DNA of 64,000 bases from Podarcis gaigeae (Eukaryota): NCBI GenBank assembly GCA_964106915.2, contig OZ066916.1; one strand, given 5' to 3'. The position numbers and the translations under genes were made by a program. Numbering within the stretch: the first letter of the stretch is position 1; every line of letters starts with the position of its first letter. The notes under the pieces were generated by a model that had not been told where the DNA came from, searched no databases, and was given only the letters and a program-made list of their open reading frames with translations. Of the stretch, positions 12,928 to 27,189 are shown piece after piece.

Positions 12928-13599
12928 CAATAAATAAAGCTCCTGACACAGCAATAAAAGCAAAAAAAGACAGTTCCTGAGCTGTCACTTTAATTTAAGC
13001 AAACAAGAAGGAAAGGCAGAAATAAATATATCCTAATTTCTGCAATGGTGGGGGTGGGGGGCTAAAATGTGTTACCCTGTCCCTGAGTTCTCTCTGGTGA
13101 AAGAAAGGTTCGAATCGCCCCTAAGATAAAATAGATTGTAGCATTGTAGCACACGAAAGATGATGCCGCAAAAATGAAGTCACACGCCATTGCAGTACAC
13201 ATTGGTGCTTTCCGTATACTGTACATACAACCACAGTATACATTCATTTGCCCCTATTACTTCAGGCACACAGATCTCCCAATAAGCTGAGGTTTCACCA
13301 CTGAGATGCCGTGGGATAGAAAGACATCACTTTGAGACCATAGAGACTCACGGCCAAGAGTGGGGCATTTCAATTTGTACCAGAGCTCCAGTGCCGCTCC
13401 GTTTCCCACCAGCACTTCCGCCTGGCAGATAGGGTCAACACCATTGAACTCTTTTGCCGGGGGTGGTTTTTTGTTTTTTTACTCCGTGTAACTTCGTACA
13501 ATAGCAGACACGGCAACTTTTTCTCTTAACGATAAGTATTTCTACATTAGTGCTATTCAAATGAAGTAGAAATAGAGTGTGTTCTCCCACTGCTCCCCT

Positions 13600-13810
13600 C
13601 TTTCCGAGCAGCCTAGTATGAATTGGTATGTTCTAACGATGGCGGACGAACGGACGCCATAGAGAAGGGAAACCAGAGCGACGCCGGAGCCGGAAGCACG
13701 TGAAACGGAGTGGGCACGGGCAGCTGCTGTGCTGGTTTTTAAAAAGTCGCGTGCTGAGGGGTCTTGGAACGTTCGGTGGGTGACGACGGCGACGTCCGTG
13801 TCCTCGCGCC
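13600..13810 (+). promoter_or_regulatory. LTV1: LTV1 CpG-island promoter and 5' UTR
   Basis: CpG-rich stretch with a YY1-like GATGGCGG (about 13638) and an ETS CCGGAAGC (about 13690), leading to GCGCCATG followed by the donor GTAGGT. Confidence 0.75.
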
Positions 13811-16800
13811 ATGGTAGGTGGCTGGGCAGGTGAAGGCGGCTTGAGGAGGAGGAGCCTGCGTGCGCGCTCTGAGGATGACGCTCCTCCTCGCGGGGTCGCG
13901 CTGGCAGCCTCGGGAGAAGTTCTGTTGTTGTTCCTCCGGCCTCTTCCCTGCCGGGACGGGGCTGGAGACCTAAGGCCACAGTGGCCTTTTCTTAGCAGTT
14001 GTGGGGGGGGGGGGATTGAGTAGGCAGAACAGTGGGGCAGAAATGGAGGCAGATGGCACGGGCTGCATACGCGCCATACGTTTGAAGTGCATTTCTCCTC
14101 ATCTCTGGGAGCTGTAGCTTACCCTCAACATGCTACAATTCCCAGCAAAACTACACTTCACAAAAATTCCTGGGGAGATGTGCTTTAAATGCATGCCGTG
14201 TAGGCAGCCAAGGTCTCTCAAATATCACTTTTGTAATCTTGATATTTGTTTGCACAACAAACAAAGAAACATTTGTTTTGCTTTCCTTATGGGTATCCCA
14301 AGGCGTTTCGGCACCTGAGGTGAAATGCGCCACTGCCACCCTTACGATGGAGCGTAAGAGCTCTGTTTCTCCTTGAGGAGCCCTTGCAGAGTCTCACCCG
14401 CCAAGCAGCAGGGTGAGATTCCAGATCCCCTGCTCCTACCCAGCAGATAAGTTTTGCACCGGCTTCTCCTGCCACACCACCAGACGGGGAGATCTCAACC
14501 CTGCCTGGTGGCAGTGCTGGATGGCAGAACACCTTGCCTCCCCTCTTGTTGACCCAGCGGAGAGACCAGCAACAAAGCTGGTTGGTGGAACGGGTATGCT
14601 GCCCCTTGGGGGTTGCCACCTGAGGCAGCCACCTCACCCTGCCTCATGGTTGGGCCTGCTCTGGCTTTCTTACCCACCAGGCAAAAGGTATTTGGAACAC
14701 TCAGGATCTCTCCTACAAGAAGCTGAGATCTGTAAGCCCATGTCAGAGACATAAAACAAGTGCATAAATGTTGGTTGCTGCAAGTGTGTGTTTGTTAACC
14801 TAGGGATTGTCAGTTTTGAAAACCAGCAAAACTTTCCTGGGTACCACACACATACTCCATGCAGCCAAGCACACACCACAGCCTAATCTCTTGACTACAG
14901 CAGAATGCTTATTTCAAGCCAGCAAGGAAATGATATCATGCGGGTGCCAAGTGCATGTGTGTCTCCAGGCACCAGATCAGTGGGTAAGCCTATAATCCAA
15001 ACAACTTTTGACTAATTTGCTTTGCTTTTCAATTTCAGATAGTTGTAAAAGTTATTGGAAGTTTCAGTCAGAAGCGGTCCGTATAGTTAGGCAGAAAAAT
15101 TGTCAATTATGGATCATTCTTAAGTATCCTTACTTTGTTTTGCAGCCTCACAGGCGGAAGAAACCCTTCATAGAAAAGAAAAAAGCCGTAACCTTTCATT
15201 TAGTACACAGAAGCCAGAGGGACCCCTTGGCAGCAGATGACACTGCACCCCAGAGAGTTCTGTTACCTGCACAGAAGGTGGTTATAAAATACAGTGTTGT
15301 AGGAAAGTGGCTGAGCTTTTACTTTTCAGAGGATTGAGCCAGAAATTATTTCAGCCTTGAAGTTTTGGGGTTTGTAATAATGTGTAATAATTCCCTAGCA
15401 CTTATTTGCATTACAATTTTTGCATTTTGAACCATGTGGCATACATACTACACTCTGTAGTTTTCAAGGAAGTATAGTTCAAAGAAAAATCTAATTGGGC
15501 TACTTGGAGGTGAGGGAATGCTAAAATCTGTGTTCACACACTTCATAAAAAGTGTTTAGAAAGTTACTGTATCCAAAGTGCCTGCTTTCTCCCTGAAATA
15601 TTTGCTTCCTCGTAATCTATGTTCAGGGATGCAGGTGGCGCTGTGGGTTAAACCACAGAGCCTAGGACTTGCCCATCAGAAGGTCGGCGGTTCAAATCCC
15701 CACGACGGGGTGAGCTGTCCACGACGTTGCTACCCTGCTTCTGCCAACCTAGCAGTTCGAAAGCATGTCAAAAGTGCAAATAGATAAATAGGTACCGCTC
15801 CGGCAGGAAGGTAAACGGCGTTTCAGTGTGCTGCTCTGGTTCGCCAGAAGCGGCTTAGTCATGCTGGCCACATGACCCGGAAGCTGTACGCCGGCTCCCT
15901 CGGCCAATAAAGCGAGATGAGCGCCACAACCCCAGAGTCGGCCATGACTGGACCTAATGGTCAGGGGTCCCTTTACCTTTAATCTATGTTCAGCAAAAAT
16001 ACTGGGCAGATGCTTTTATTGATAAACTGCTTTGAAATGTTTCATAGGAAGTGATTCATAACTGGAATTATTACACAAATAAATAAATTTGGGACCTCTC
16101 CCTCAAAAAAAAACCTTTAGGGGGTTGATGAAAAAAGAAGAGAGGAACAGAGGAAATATGGAGTATTCTTTGATGATGATTATGACTACCTGCAACATCT
16201 CAAAGAAGCTTCTGGACCTTCTGAGCTCGTTCCATCAAGCATACCCAGTCAACAAGGCAGGATTGTTGTGACCACAGAAGGAGAGGTACACGAGGAAATT
16301 CAGCAAATTCCAGTAAGTACACAATGTACTTGTCATGGTACTCTCATAAGGATATTCAGCAAAGACGTCGTGTTTTTTTTTTAAAAAAATTAAAGGCAGG
16401 ATTGAAATTATTAAATAAAGTATTCTGAAAACTTCTAATAAATGTTGTGATGAAACATTGCGGCCGTTTATCACACCTATGTTGTTGTTTTTGAAATCTT
16501 TGAGGCTTCAGCCTATGAAACTTCCTACCTTAATACCTAATAAAGTTCTCAGGCAGGCCTTAACGAATGTTGCATTCACTATAAAACCTTTAACCACTGC
16601 CACCAAAATAAATCCTCTATGTCTTGAAGAAACCCAGGAGCCTGCTTCCTGTGACATAGACATGGGATTGACAACACAACTAGAGGCAGATGAACAAACT
16701 TGATTTTATTGTTAAGTGAATTATTTACATAAAAAAGTGTTGCATTTCAGGTGGTAGGATGCAATTTCTTAAGTGTACAGTTTGCAGTTAACCAGGGTAT

Positions 16801-19800
16801 CTGCTGCTACAGTTCCTAACATCTAAGAGGGTTTTTTGCAGCCAGATAAGCCCCCAGTAGTTTTTCCCTGGGACCCAATTTGCTTGACCTTCACACCGGG
16901 CAGCCATAAGGAGGAACTGATGCTGAGCAGCAGACTTCTTCCTATTGACTTCTAGAATAGTTCAGATGTTTGCTGAAATCCACCCTCTGGTCAAGAGCTC
17001 ATCTTGAAACCCTCTGGTTCTGGATTTTGGTGCCTACTTGAAGCTTCACCACTACCTCAGAGCATGCCTTCATGCTCTCCCCAGCTGCCAGTTCATTTCC
17101 CAGCAGTTTTCTCACAGTTTTCTCACAGACTGCCAGCATTACTTTTTCCAAGCTGAGCTCTGCTCTCCTCTAGTTGGCAGCCAGCTGACAGATTGGCCTT
17201 TTGTTCTCCCTCCAGCCAGAGCCTTCTGACTACTTGTGTCCTTGCCCCTGTCAGGGAAGCCTGACCTGTCTGTCTTCTTTCAGGGACTAGTCAGTGATTC
17301 TACATGAACAAATTCTAATGGGCAGTTGAATTTGTGGACCCCTTGATGAAAGCAAATTGCATTTTAGTCTACACCTGGTCCATCTATAAACAAAGGGAGC
17401 TTCTCCCACTAGTCATTTTCAGACAGTCATCGTGAAACCTCCCTCCTTAGCAACTGTTACTAAGGCAGCCATAAGTGTTTTGTGACCATCACAAAGTCAC
17501 AGAGCTAGGCTTCTGGTCTTTTGGGTTACATTATAACCTCAGCCACACGTTTCTCTCAGAATATAAATGTTACTAAGTATTATCATCAGTTTATTTTGTA
17601 ATCAGCCTTGCCACAAAGAACTACGCTCAAAAGCAATGTACCGTAGCAATGAGAACAAAAATGCAACTGCCTCTTTCACTGATTGATTCTGTGAATTTTG
17701 TTACAATGGACTAACATGGCTTTTTAACTACTATTGGTGTGAATAAGTCTAATAATAGTAGCTAATAACACAAATGATAAAGTTTTGTAATTTTTAAATT
17801 CAGTTTCTATCAAGCAGATTTATAGAAGCCCCTTTCAACCTATGAGATTGTAGCTGTATGTCTCTTTGGGGGCCATTTGGAAGGATTAGAGGTGTGGAGG
17901 GAAGATTTTTACCAAACACGTATCAATTAACAAGTTGGCTAGTGGTGATGGAACATACTGCCATAACATCATAGTTTGTGCATCTACAAAAAAAAGGGGG
18001 GGCATTTTCAAGAAGTTACTTATAAGCAGGATTTAGGATTCCAGCAGCCTTGCTTGTCAACTTGCACTCCAGAGAAGCCTCTGTAGAAGAAATTCTTACA
18101 GATACTAGTCCACTAAGGGGGGGGGGGAATGAACATACATGTGCTGTGTCTCCAATTTCAGAACAGGCAAATATTTTTTAAAAACAGTAATAATATTCAG
18201 TGGTTTTTGTGTCTTGAGTAATTTTTTAGGGGGGGAAATGACCTCTGTTTTGTTCTTTTTGCTTTTTAGGCCCCCACCATTAACTTGCCCTCATCAGTGT
18301 TTGCATCAGAATTTGAAGAGGATGTGGGATTGTTAAACAAAGCTGCTCCCATTTCAGGTACTAAATTTACACTGCAGTCTGGTTCATATTTACTAAGAAG
18401 ATATACTATGTTAAATGGAGGCTACTCTCTAGAAAGTGACTATCAAAGTATAAGCTTAAGCTGTCTCTTTGTCATAGCATCTATTATTACAGAATACTTT
18501 TGTTGCAGAATTTCTATATGAGCAGCAGCAGCATCACTATGTAATCTAATAGAAAATAGGAGGTGAAACTATTTTCTATGTGCTTTGGGATTGCCTAGAT
18601 CTCTTTATTCTTCATTCAAAATCAAATTAGCATCAATTATGCAGAACAGATAAATGTTTTTGCAAGATGCATTGTTCTACCATGCTGGAAGTAAGTCTTC
18701 TGGAAACAGGGAAAAGGACACAACTTTTATTTCAGTTTTGTAAATACTCAGAATAGACCCATTGAGATCATTGGACTTGTCCATTGATTTTAGTGGATGA
18801 ACTCAAAGTCTGACTTAGGACTCAGCTATACAGCTGCAAATAAAACATTTTAAGTGTGGTTTAAGTGCAATATACAATGTGACACTAGATGGCAATGGTG
18901 AGCCTTGTGGAAAATTCAATGTATTTTTTTATTTAAAAAAACCTTTAAAAAAAGCACTGTCAGAACATTTTTTATATGTGTGTTGTTTCCACCTCAAGTT
19001 GGCTATCATACTCATTCTTCTATTCACGTGTGGTGGGGAATAGGTAAAAGGTAAAAAGTCAAAGGTGACTATTGGGTGCAGCGCTCACCTTGCTTCAGGC
19101 CGAGGGAGCCGGCATTTGTCCACAGACAGCAGGGGAAAAACTCTTGTAAACTGTATGAGAATAAAGTTCTACCATAAATTACTTACCCTGAAAAGCAGGC
19201 TAGTTTTGGGTTTGTCTGTTTGTTTTTTTAAGTTGTGTACTAATAACCATTTCATCAGCTTTCTTTGTATTTTTAAAAGAATTTGGCAGCAGCCTGTTTA
19301 AATATAGCAAAATCACTTATTGAATTTTTTTAAAAAATAGTAATTTGAAAACAAAAGCAGATGCTATAACACAACTCCTCTCATAGAACACAGTAAAAAT
19401 TAATTAATCTAATTTTCCTCACCCTTTTCTAAATTAGCTCTGGGCCCCAAAAGCCTTCCCATTCAAGTGGGGGGTCTTGCAACACTTCTAAAAGGTACTC
19501 AGGTTTGAGTCTGCCATAGAAGGGGATTCTATAAAGGGAACAGCCACAATGAATGGTTTTCTATGCTTGGCTAAAGACTAGTGTTTACAGCAAACTGGCT
19601 GTTTGGCTCTGACACTTTCTGAGAAATGGCTTGTCATAACTCGTTTATAAGGTGTTATTTTATCTATCATTAGGGCCTAGGCTGGATTTTGATCCTGACA
19701 TTGTTGCGGCACTTGACGATGACTTTGATTTCGACAATCCTGATAATCTTCTTGATGATGACTTCATTTTAAGGGCTAATAATCAAGGAAGCACAGAGCA

Positions 19801-22800
19801 GGAAAAGGAAGCTTGTTGGTAATGGAATGGAAAAGTATTACTGTCCTTCGTTGCCTTTCTGTTCTTTGTTTTGTGTTTTGCCGCTGGGCAAAACGTCGCT
19901 AAGGAACTATCTTCATGCTCCTTTTCATATAGACACTTTTCAGTTTCTGAAAATCAGCACCTCATCAGCTATTTAACTGTAAAATAAGAAAAGTAATGAC
20001 CTATGACCTGGTTAGACAAGAGGTCCGAAAAGAAATGAGGTGAGGAGGAAGAGCAGCAGCCTGATAGAGATCCATCAGAAGCTCAAGTGTACCACTTTCA
20101 ATTTAGGGTAGACCTATTGAGCACTTTATTTCTTTACCAAGGAAGGCTTAAGACACTTCTCATTCTTAGGGCTTCTGGCAAAACAAACAATACATTCAGA
20201 GTTCAGCTTCATCCTCCCCCAACCACTTACATTGTTTCTCAAATCTCTGTAGCTTCTTCTCTCTATAAAGTTTGCCCAACTATCCTGTCCTCTCCTTACT
20301 GTTTCTCACAGTGGCAGTCTATCATTGCCTATGACCCTGAGGCAAATGGAAATAGAGTGCCTTCTAGAAGCAATGCTGCTGCAGCTGACTCTCTTTTCCC
20401 ACCTGTCTGCCTTGTTCTATGCTGCCAGAAGAAGCATAGGCACCCACAAGTTCTGCCCATCGTCACCTCTGACCCACCTGTGTTTACTTTCCATAGTGGC
20501 GAGGCAGTCATATATGTTTGCTGCCGGCCCCTGACAGCCTTCTAGACAATAATAATCAATTGCAGCTGCAGAGAAAACAAGTGGCTTCAACCCCCTTCCC
20601 CTCTGCTGTTGCCTTACAGCAGCCATTCCATCAAGCTATGTTTACATGTGGTTATAAAAACTGTCAGAGTTTGCTTTTCAACCTCCTTTCCCATCTCCTT
20701 TCCTTCTATGCTTTGACTTTTTATTGGAAGCCTTTCTACCTCTGTTTCAAATGCCATCCTGGGAGCCATTTTGGCTAAAGAGCAAGATAGAAATTATTTA
20801 CGACTTCTTTTTTTAAAAATGAGATAGCTGGGTTTCTTTTTCTTTTTGGCTGCTCTTCCTAGGGAGTCTGGAGATGAAGATGAATGGGAGGACGTGGAGG
20901 AAGAGGATGGAGAAGGCACCCAGAGTGATGTGGATTCGGATGGTCCTTTGTCAGATGACAGTGAGATTAAAGGAGAAATGAAAGAATTTCTTTTCATGCA
21001 AGAAGAGACCAAGAGCCGTTTCACAGAATACTCCATGACTTCTTCAGTAATGAGAAGGAATGAACAGCTGAGCCTTTTGGATGAGAGATTTGAGAAGGTG
21101 AGGTAACCTAACGGTAATGATTCTGGTGACGCTTAAAGGGTTTTTGGCAAATATTCCCCCACTCAAACTCTGATTCTGATACAGGCAGATCAAAGCCCTG
21201 TTTAAATGGCTACTTATTATTTATCCAATGATAGAAAGACTGCTAAACAATCATACACTGTAATATGTACCTTACATATTTTTGTTCAATATCGAGTAAC
21301 ATTTATTCTTAACCATAGATATGTTATTGTCAATCAGCACTGTAGCAAATAAATTTGTATTAGTTTTTACATAAAGGAGAAAGAAATTAGGAGGATGAAA
21401 ACAATTGTTTTCAAAACTCTAATTCCTCTCCCTGTGCGGTTTAGATTTGTGACTGTAGTTATATAATTAGTTCCAGATACGTTCATATTGAGTGTTGTGT
21501 TTTTTGTTTAGTTCTTTGAGCAGTTTGACGATGATGAAATTGGAGCACTGGATAATGCCGAATTGGAAGGTTTCATTCACAGTGACAGTACGCGGTTACA
21601 GGAAGTCTTGAATGACTACTACAGAGAGAAGGCAAAGAAGTACGTAGAATGTCCCAGCTGTCTGATTTCTTGGTGTGAATTAAAAGAATTTCTATAGAAC
21701 CCTTCGACATCAGGGTGATTTACAAATGTTGGACACAAGCTACAATCAAAACATTAAAAGGCCATTTAAAAAAAATGAAATTATTTTAAAAGGCTAATCA
21801 AAAGGCCATTGTGTAGCACGAAAAGGACAGTTGCATGAGCACTAGGGAAGCCTCCTGGGGAGGGGATGTTCCGAGTCCAAAGATGACGACTCACATAGAT
21901 AGCCTTAGCTCCCAGCTTCAGCTTTCCCATTTTATGCTAGGAAGGGAAGCGTCTTTGCTGGTTTAGTGTTTATGTATTCTATTTACTGATTAATTTCCAG
22001 AGACTACATTGAAAGCTGAATAATTTTTATTTAAAGGCATTGTCATGAAAAACACTATATTTCCTCTAATTGTTTGATTTGGTTGTGATTTATCTGGTTC
22101 ATGGGGGAAGAGCTCAGTTGGATCTCTTGTTTATATTCATGCTTGACTGCTGTTACCGATGATCAATTGCTATGTTAGAAGAAGAAAGCCAAAGTCTTTT
22201 AAATATATAGCTTTTGATGGCAAAATGTTTGGCTTGACGCATGTATTGATATTTACTTCATATTGACGCAAGATAATCAACATTCTCTGCCTCTAGCAGC
22301 AATTATAAAGTGTGTGTCAGATTCAGAAGAGGCAATTGTGATGTCCTGTCAAGTATCTGATTGAAGGAAAAGGAGGAGGGAATGTACTTCAGCAGGGTTT
22401 AACATTCAGTATATACATTTTATGAAAAATAAATAAATACCTTTAATTATATACAACTGGGTATGCCGCAAACAACATAGGCTGTATTAAGAGAAAAATA
22501 TTTAGCTTTTTTGCAGTTGGAATGCCTGCTGATACTGTGCAAAAAAAATGTATTTTATTGTGATGCACAATTAAGGGGAACTCCTTTGCCAAATTACACC
22601 TTTCAAAAACATAATGTATATCCACCATTTTCTGCCATACCAGTTGTTGCCAGATTGCAACTTGCGTTATCCCTGGCCATTGACCATGCTGGCTGATGAA
22701 TTCTGGTGTCCAAACAAAGTGTGGAGAGCATAAATTAGCCACCGCTGCTCTAAGGGATACTGATCAATGGAAAAGCAGCTAGAGGCAGTTTTAAATTTAA

Positions 22801-25489
22801 ATTTAAAATGTTTTTAATATGCCTTCATGAATCTTTTATTTTTCTCCAAAAGCTGTGTCAAACATGAAGGTCTCGAAATCAAAGAAGATTCAAAGCTGCT
22901 CCCCAGTGAGGAAGAAGATGAGACAGAAGAAATTGCACCTTTGGTTATTGAAGAACCCAAAGAAAAGTGGGATTGCGAATCCATTCTGAGTTAGTGTCTA
23001 GAGCTACATGTTTTTTCCCCCCAATGGCTAAAAAATGCAGGGATTATACTGCTGCTTTTGTGTGTCAAACTAGCACACACAGTAACTATTAACGAAAAAG
23101 GCCAATGAATAAGAAATTATTAATAGTTTGGTCTATAACAAAAGTTTTAAAATCATAACTGGGGCAGTAACTGATTGATTACTCAAACTTGTGTCTCTTT
23201 TTTTCTCCTTAAGGTACCTATTCAAACTTATACAATCATCCAAAACTTATTGAGGTTCCACAAAAGGTAAATTGAAGTTTCTATTTTATATCATTTTAAG
23301 AATTTTGACCAATAATAGGCACATCCAAGAATTTCAGCATGCCTAGTGTGATTTTTTTGCTTTAAAGGAAAAATAAAATAGCAAGCCTTACCATCTTGAA
23401 AATGGCTTTTGAAATTAAAAGCCATGTGGCATGGAAAATGATTGTCTCTGGGTTGTGTAGATGATTGTCTCTGGGTCATAACTGGTTGTGTAGTTCTTTG
23501 GTTCCCTATCCCAGTAGCATGTGTGGTCATAAGCTTACATGTTTTGGGATAATTGTAAGTGTTCTTCAGACCTGTTTGTCATTACTCAAAAGTGATCCAG
23601 CATAGACTGGTTGGTGTCTTTTCTCTCTTCCTTTCAGCAGTATTAAATATTTTTGCATTTATTGCTCTCACAGAAAACAAGTTCTTAGTAACTTGTTTTA
23701 CCTGGAAATCGGAAGCTAAAAAATTATCACTATTCTCTGCTTTAAATACTAAACATGCATGCACAGTTTCAAGTAATTTCTATGTAATCTGCCAAAGATT
23801 TTCAACAAGTATAAGGAAGCCATTTAATAAATATTGCAACAGAACAAGAATACATTTTTATTATTATTTAATCATAGCCAAACAGACATTCCTGCCCCCC
23901 AAGCAAGGTTATAAATTCTGCTTTGACTGAGCATTGATTTGACACTTAGGGCCTATAGGTTCTGCTGCAATGAACTTTGGACTGGGCTGATTGGGGAAGA
24001 AAGCCACAGTGTTATTGCTGGCTTATACATGACATGAAAAAGTATAGCAAGGGGTGGGGGGGAAAAACCACATTTGTTAGTTTGTTTGTATGTATTTACT
24101 TTTCAGCCCAAACCGATTGAAGTGTCAAGTAAGACAGGAATCCCTCTGGGTGTTTTGCCCGGAAGAGGACTTACAGCTAAGCAGGCCGAACGCATGGAAA
24201 TGATTAACGACAGTGACCTGCCGAGAGTAGCCACACAACCACGATGCAAAAACGAGAGTAAAGAAGATCGGAAAGCTAGAAAACAAGCTATTAAAGAAGA
24301 AAGAAAGGTAGGCTTCTTTCACTTTTTTCAGCAAATACTGAAATGTGCATTTGTCTGATTGTCACTTTCACTAAAGTAGTTGGTCAGTTTTAACTTGAAC
24401 CAGAGCCATTTACATCCTAACTTTTGAACATGAACCCAGGTAACTTCACTGTTTCCAGGTTGTCTCCCATAGATAAGCACCAACAGACTGAGACCATATT
24501 AGGTGTATGCAGGCGTATTTCTGCAGCATATATGTCTTTTGACTTCTGTCCTTTTACAATATGCTAAATTGTTGTTATGAAATAAAGGGTGCAGAGGGCA
24601 ATGTACACTGGGCACCACAGTGACACTGGTCCTGATCAGAAGGTGATCACCTACTCAGAAGGGAGTAGGTAAATGTAACTTAATCAGAAGGTGACACTAT
24701 TGTGCTCTATATTAGATCCTTATCAATTGTTAATCTTTATCTGATTGGGAAAAGATGCTGCTTTGTTCTAATGGTGTTTCTCTGTATGGGTTTAGGAGGG
24801 GGCAGAAGTTCCTTTGTTCCATTTCAATTGCTAATACCAGTATTGGATTTATGCTAATTTTTTACAGATCTTTGCTCATAGCAGTTGGCTGCTTGCAAGA
24901 ATCTTTGTATTCTTTGTGACCAGTACAATAAATTTAAAAGTGCAGCCCAGAAAGAACCCAAAAACTGGCATGTATATAGTTGAAAGGATTGGTAAATCGG
25001 TCACTTCATTCTGAACTCTCTACATGTTACTTGTGATAACAATAGAAATAAACTAGCTTTTTAAATGAGATGCGTTTCTGCAGCATTTGTAGCATGGAAT
25101 AGCCAATGTGGTGCCCTCCAAAGCTTGCGGAGGGTGCATTTGGGTTGTATCCAATGCTGCCTGTGCACAAACAGAATGGATTTCTGTTCTGGAAGGGACT
25201 TCGCGTGCCTCCTTCTCCCTGCACATCCCTCAAAAACTGTTTGGGAGGGTTGGAGGGTCTTCCACAGATGACTGGAGAGCATGCGAGGGGCTGCAGAGGC
25301 TGCATACTATTTTATTAAGGAAACTGCTTTGGGAACTTCTTTGTTGAAATGTAAATAAATGGTTTATCTGTGTAGGAACGCAGAATGGAGAAGAAAGCAA
25401 ACAGATTGGCCTTCAAGCAAGAGAAGACGAGGCAAGAGAAAGAGCTGCTCAACCTGAAACAGAATATTCAAGGGCTCAAGCTGTCATAA
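13811..25489 (+). CDS. LTV1: LTV1 ribosome biogenesis factor (exons 13811-13813, 15146-15277, 16121-16312, 18270-18357, 19674-19818, 20863-21097, 21512-21639, 22853-22989, 23214-23266, 24107-24307, 25376-25489; 1428 nt, 475 aa)
   Basis: The translation reads M|PHRRKKPFIEKKKAVTFHLVHRSQRDPLAADD...YGVFFDDDYDYLQHLKE...LPSSVFASEFEEDVGLLNKAAP..GPRLDFDPDIVAALDDDFDF...ETKSRFTEYSMTSSVMRRNEQL..LDERFEKFFEQFDDDEIGALD...EKWDCESILSTYSNLYNHPKLI...ERRMEKKANRLAFKQEK...QGLKLS*. All introns are GT-AG with consistent phases. Confidence 0.97.
15627..15979 (+). mobile_element. Sauria SINE, full length
   Basis: tRNA-like head (GGTGGCGCTGTGGG A-box, GGTTCAAATCC B-box), ACCTTT tail, and 14-bp TSD TAATCTATGTTCAG (15613-15626, 15980-15993). 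Confidence 0.9.
19043..19130 (-). mobile_element. Sauria SINE 3' fragment
   Basis: Reverse complement of the tail and 3' body seen in the 15627 and 31999 copies (GGTAAAAGGTAAA...GCGCTCA..TTGCTTCAGGCCGAGGGAGCCGGC). Confidence 0.65.
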
Positions 25490-25666
25490 TGAAAAACAAT
25501 TGCTTCTTGTTAAGGACACTCAGCTACCATACTCTTTGCTGACACCTTTTGGAACTTCTGTCTTCAGCCTGACAACAGCAAAGTTTGAGATAATGACTTT
25601 TTGAATTCAGATATAGTCACTTATCGGCATCTGGTTACATCCAAAATAATTTTTGGGTACCACTGA

Positions 25667-25672
25667 AATAAA
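25667..25672 (+). terminator. LTV1: LTV1 poly(A) signal
   Basis: AATAAA about 180 nt after the stop codon. Confidence 0.65.
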
Positions 25673-26155
25673 ACTGCTGTAATATTTTCTCCTATGGAAG
25701 TGTTGCAGGCATTTGTTAAGATGGGCAAACTCCTCTATAGTAAAATCTCTTTACTAGTCACTTTTGTCTGCTATCATTATAACAATTAGACTTTCAAAAC
25801 TTGGTTTAATATTTAAGTTAATACTTCTGTGTTGCTGCTTACAGGAATGGTGTTCAAGAGGAATTAACTCCTGCGATTGGAGAGGCAGGGTGTTATCTTA
25901 AGAACCTCATGTTAAAGTATCAGGCCATGAGTCAAATGAATTCAACATAGCACTAAGGAGATAATCAGGGGCATTTCTGCTTGCCTGGCAAAATGATTTT
26001 CCCTCTCTTCACCCTGCGTGCTATTCTGGGGATTCTCCTGAACCTCCCGAACAGATTTGTGGGAGGAGAGGAAAGCCATGTTGCGCCAGCAGCAGTCCTT
26101 GCATGAGCTTCCACTAGCAGACCCATATATTTCAGCACTACTGATGAATATGAAA

Positions 26156-27189
26156 TGGAAGCACCTTTTTCATATGCAGACTTTCTGTCTAATTCTTTTT
26201 CTAACTTGATAAAGGGCTATTTATTGGCATGTAGCAGCATATACATTGAGCATGATCTTCTTCCAGCCTCTGTATTCTGCTGCCTCTGAACATGAAAATT
26301 CTATCTAGTGCTCATGGTTATACATTACTAGCCCAGCCTCCCAGCATTTCCCTCAAAGAACCTTTCCTGAGCATCTTGTGGTTCCTACAACACATTATCA
26401 CTGTCCACCTAAGGAGGGACGGGGTTAGTGGTAAACAGTTCACCTTGGCAAATCAAACTGCTAACTTCAAGCTTGCCTCTATTAGTTTTAACTACTTTAG
26501 AAGTTTCTGTAGCTGAAGAAGCAACTGCCTTATTGAACATCTATTAAGTCAAGGTGTCCCATTACTAACACTCACTGATAACTGTCTTGTAGAGGAAACA
26601 AATGTATTCAGAGTAGCTTAACTTCTTTTTTCATGTGCAGCATTGCATGATGGAGGGGTTGCATGTGTCATAATTGTTTTAACTGTCAGCCAATGACATT
26701 TAACTTGGGCTTTTACAAGTAAAGGAGCTAGATAAGCAAGAGTAAACTACCTGGTGCACCTGTCTCCCTGAAAAGTATTAAAGGCAGAATTTGATATCAC
26801 TGCACTATGAGATGAGTGTGATTCCTGGGAATAAAGCAGGAGCTGTAGGTATGTAATATCCTCAATCTTTACTTTGAGCTGTAAGTAACTTTTATCAGTG
26901 AATGGTTTTGCACAGGCTCTCTGCTCTTCATTACATTTAAGTAAATGTTTGTCCGTACTGGCTGATATTTGCAGAAGCTATTCATAGAAATATGTCAAAC
27001 ATGTTGAACAGACCACAGTCATGGAAGCTACCCTCATTCATGCAGTGAGTATGATAAGTAATACATCACTCAAAGTATTAACCTTGTAACATCCTTCTGG
27101 AAGCACCTTTTTCATATGCAGACTTTCTGTCTAATTCTTTTTCTAACTTAATAAAGGGCTATTTATTGGCATGTAGCAGCATATACATT
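26156..27189 (+). repeat. 92-bp spaced direct repeat (26156-26247 and 27098-27189)
   Basis: TGGAAGCACCTTTTTCATATGCAGAC...GCAGCATATACATT occurs twice, 942 bp apart, with 1 mismatch. Confidence 0.92.

Noticed and set aside
15627-15720. tRNA-like A/B boxes
   Set aside because: These are SINE heads, not tRNA genes: there is no complete cloverleaf, and they are followed by a SINE body and tail.
16650-17530. Possible old LTR in LTV1 intron 3
   Set aside because: It has a TG start and a minus-strand AATAAA, but no matching CA end with a TSD could be established.
26992-27044. Alternative first coding exon for ZC2HC1B ending at GCA|GTGAGT
   Set aside because: The available ATGs give phase 0 or 2, but the next exon needs phase 1. 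Exon 26812-26848 fits.
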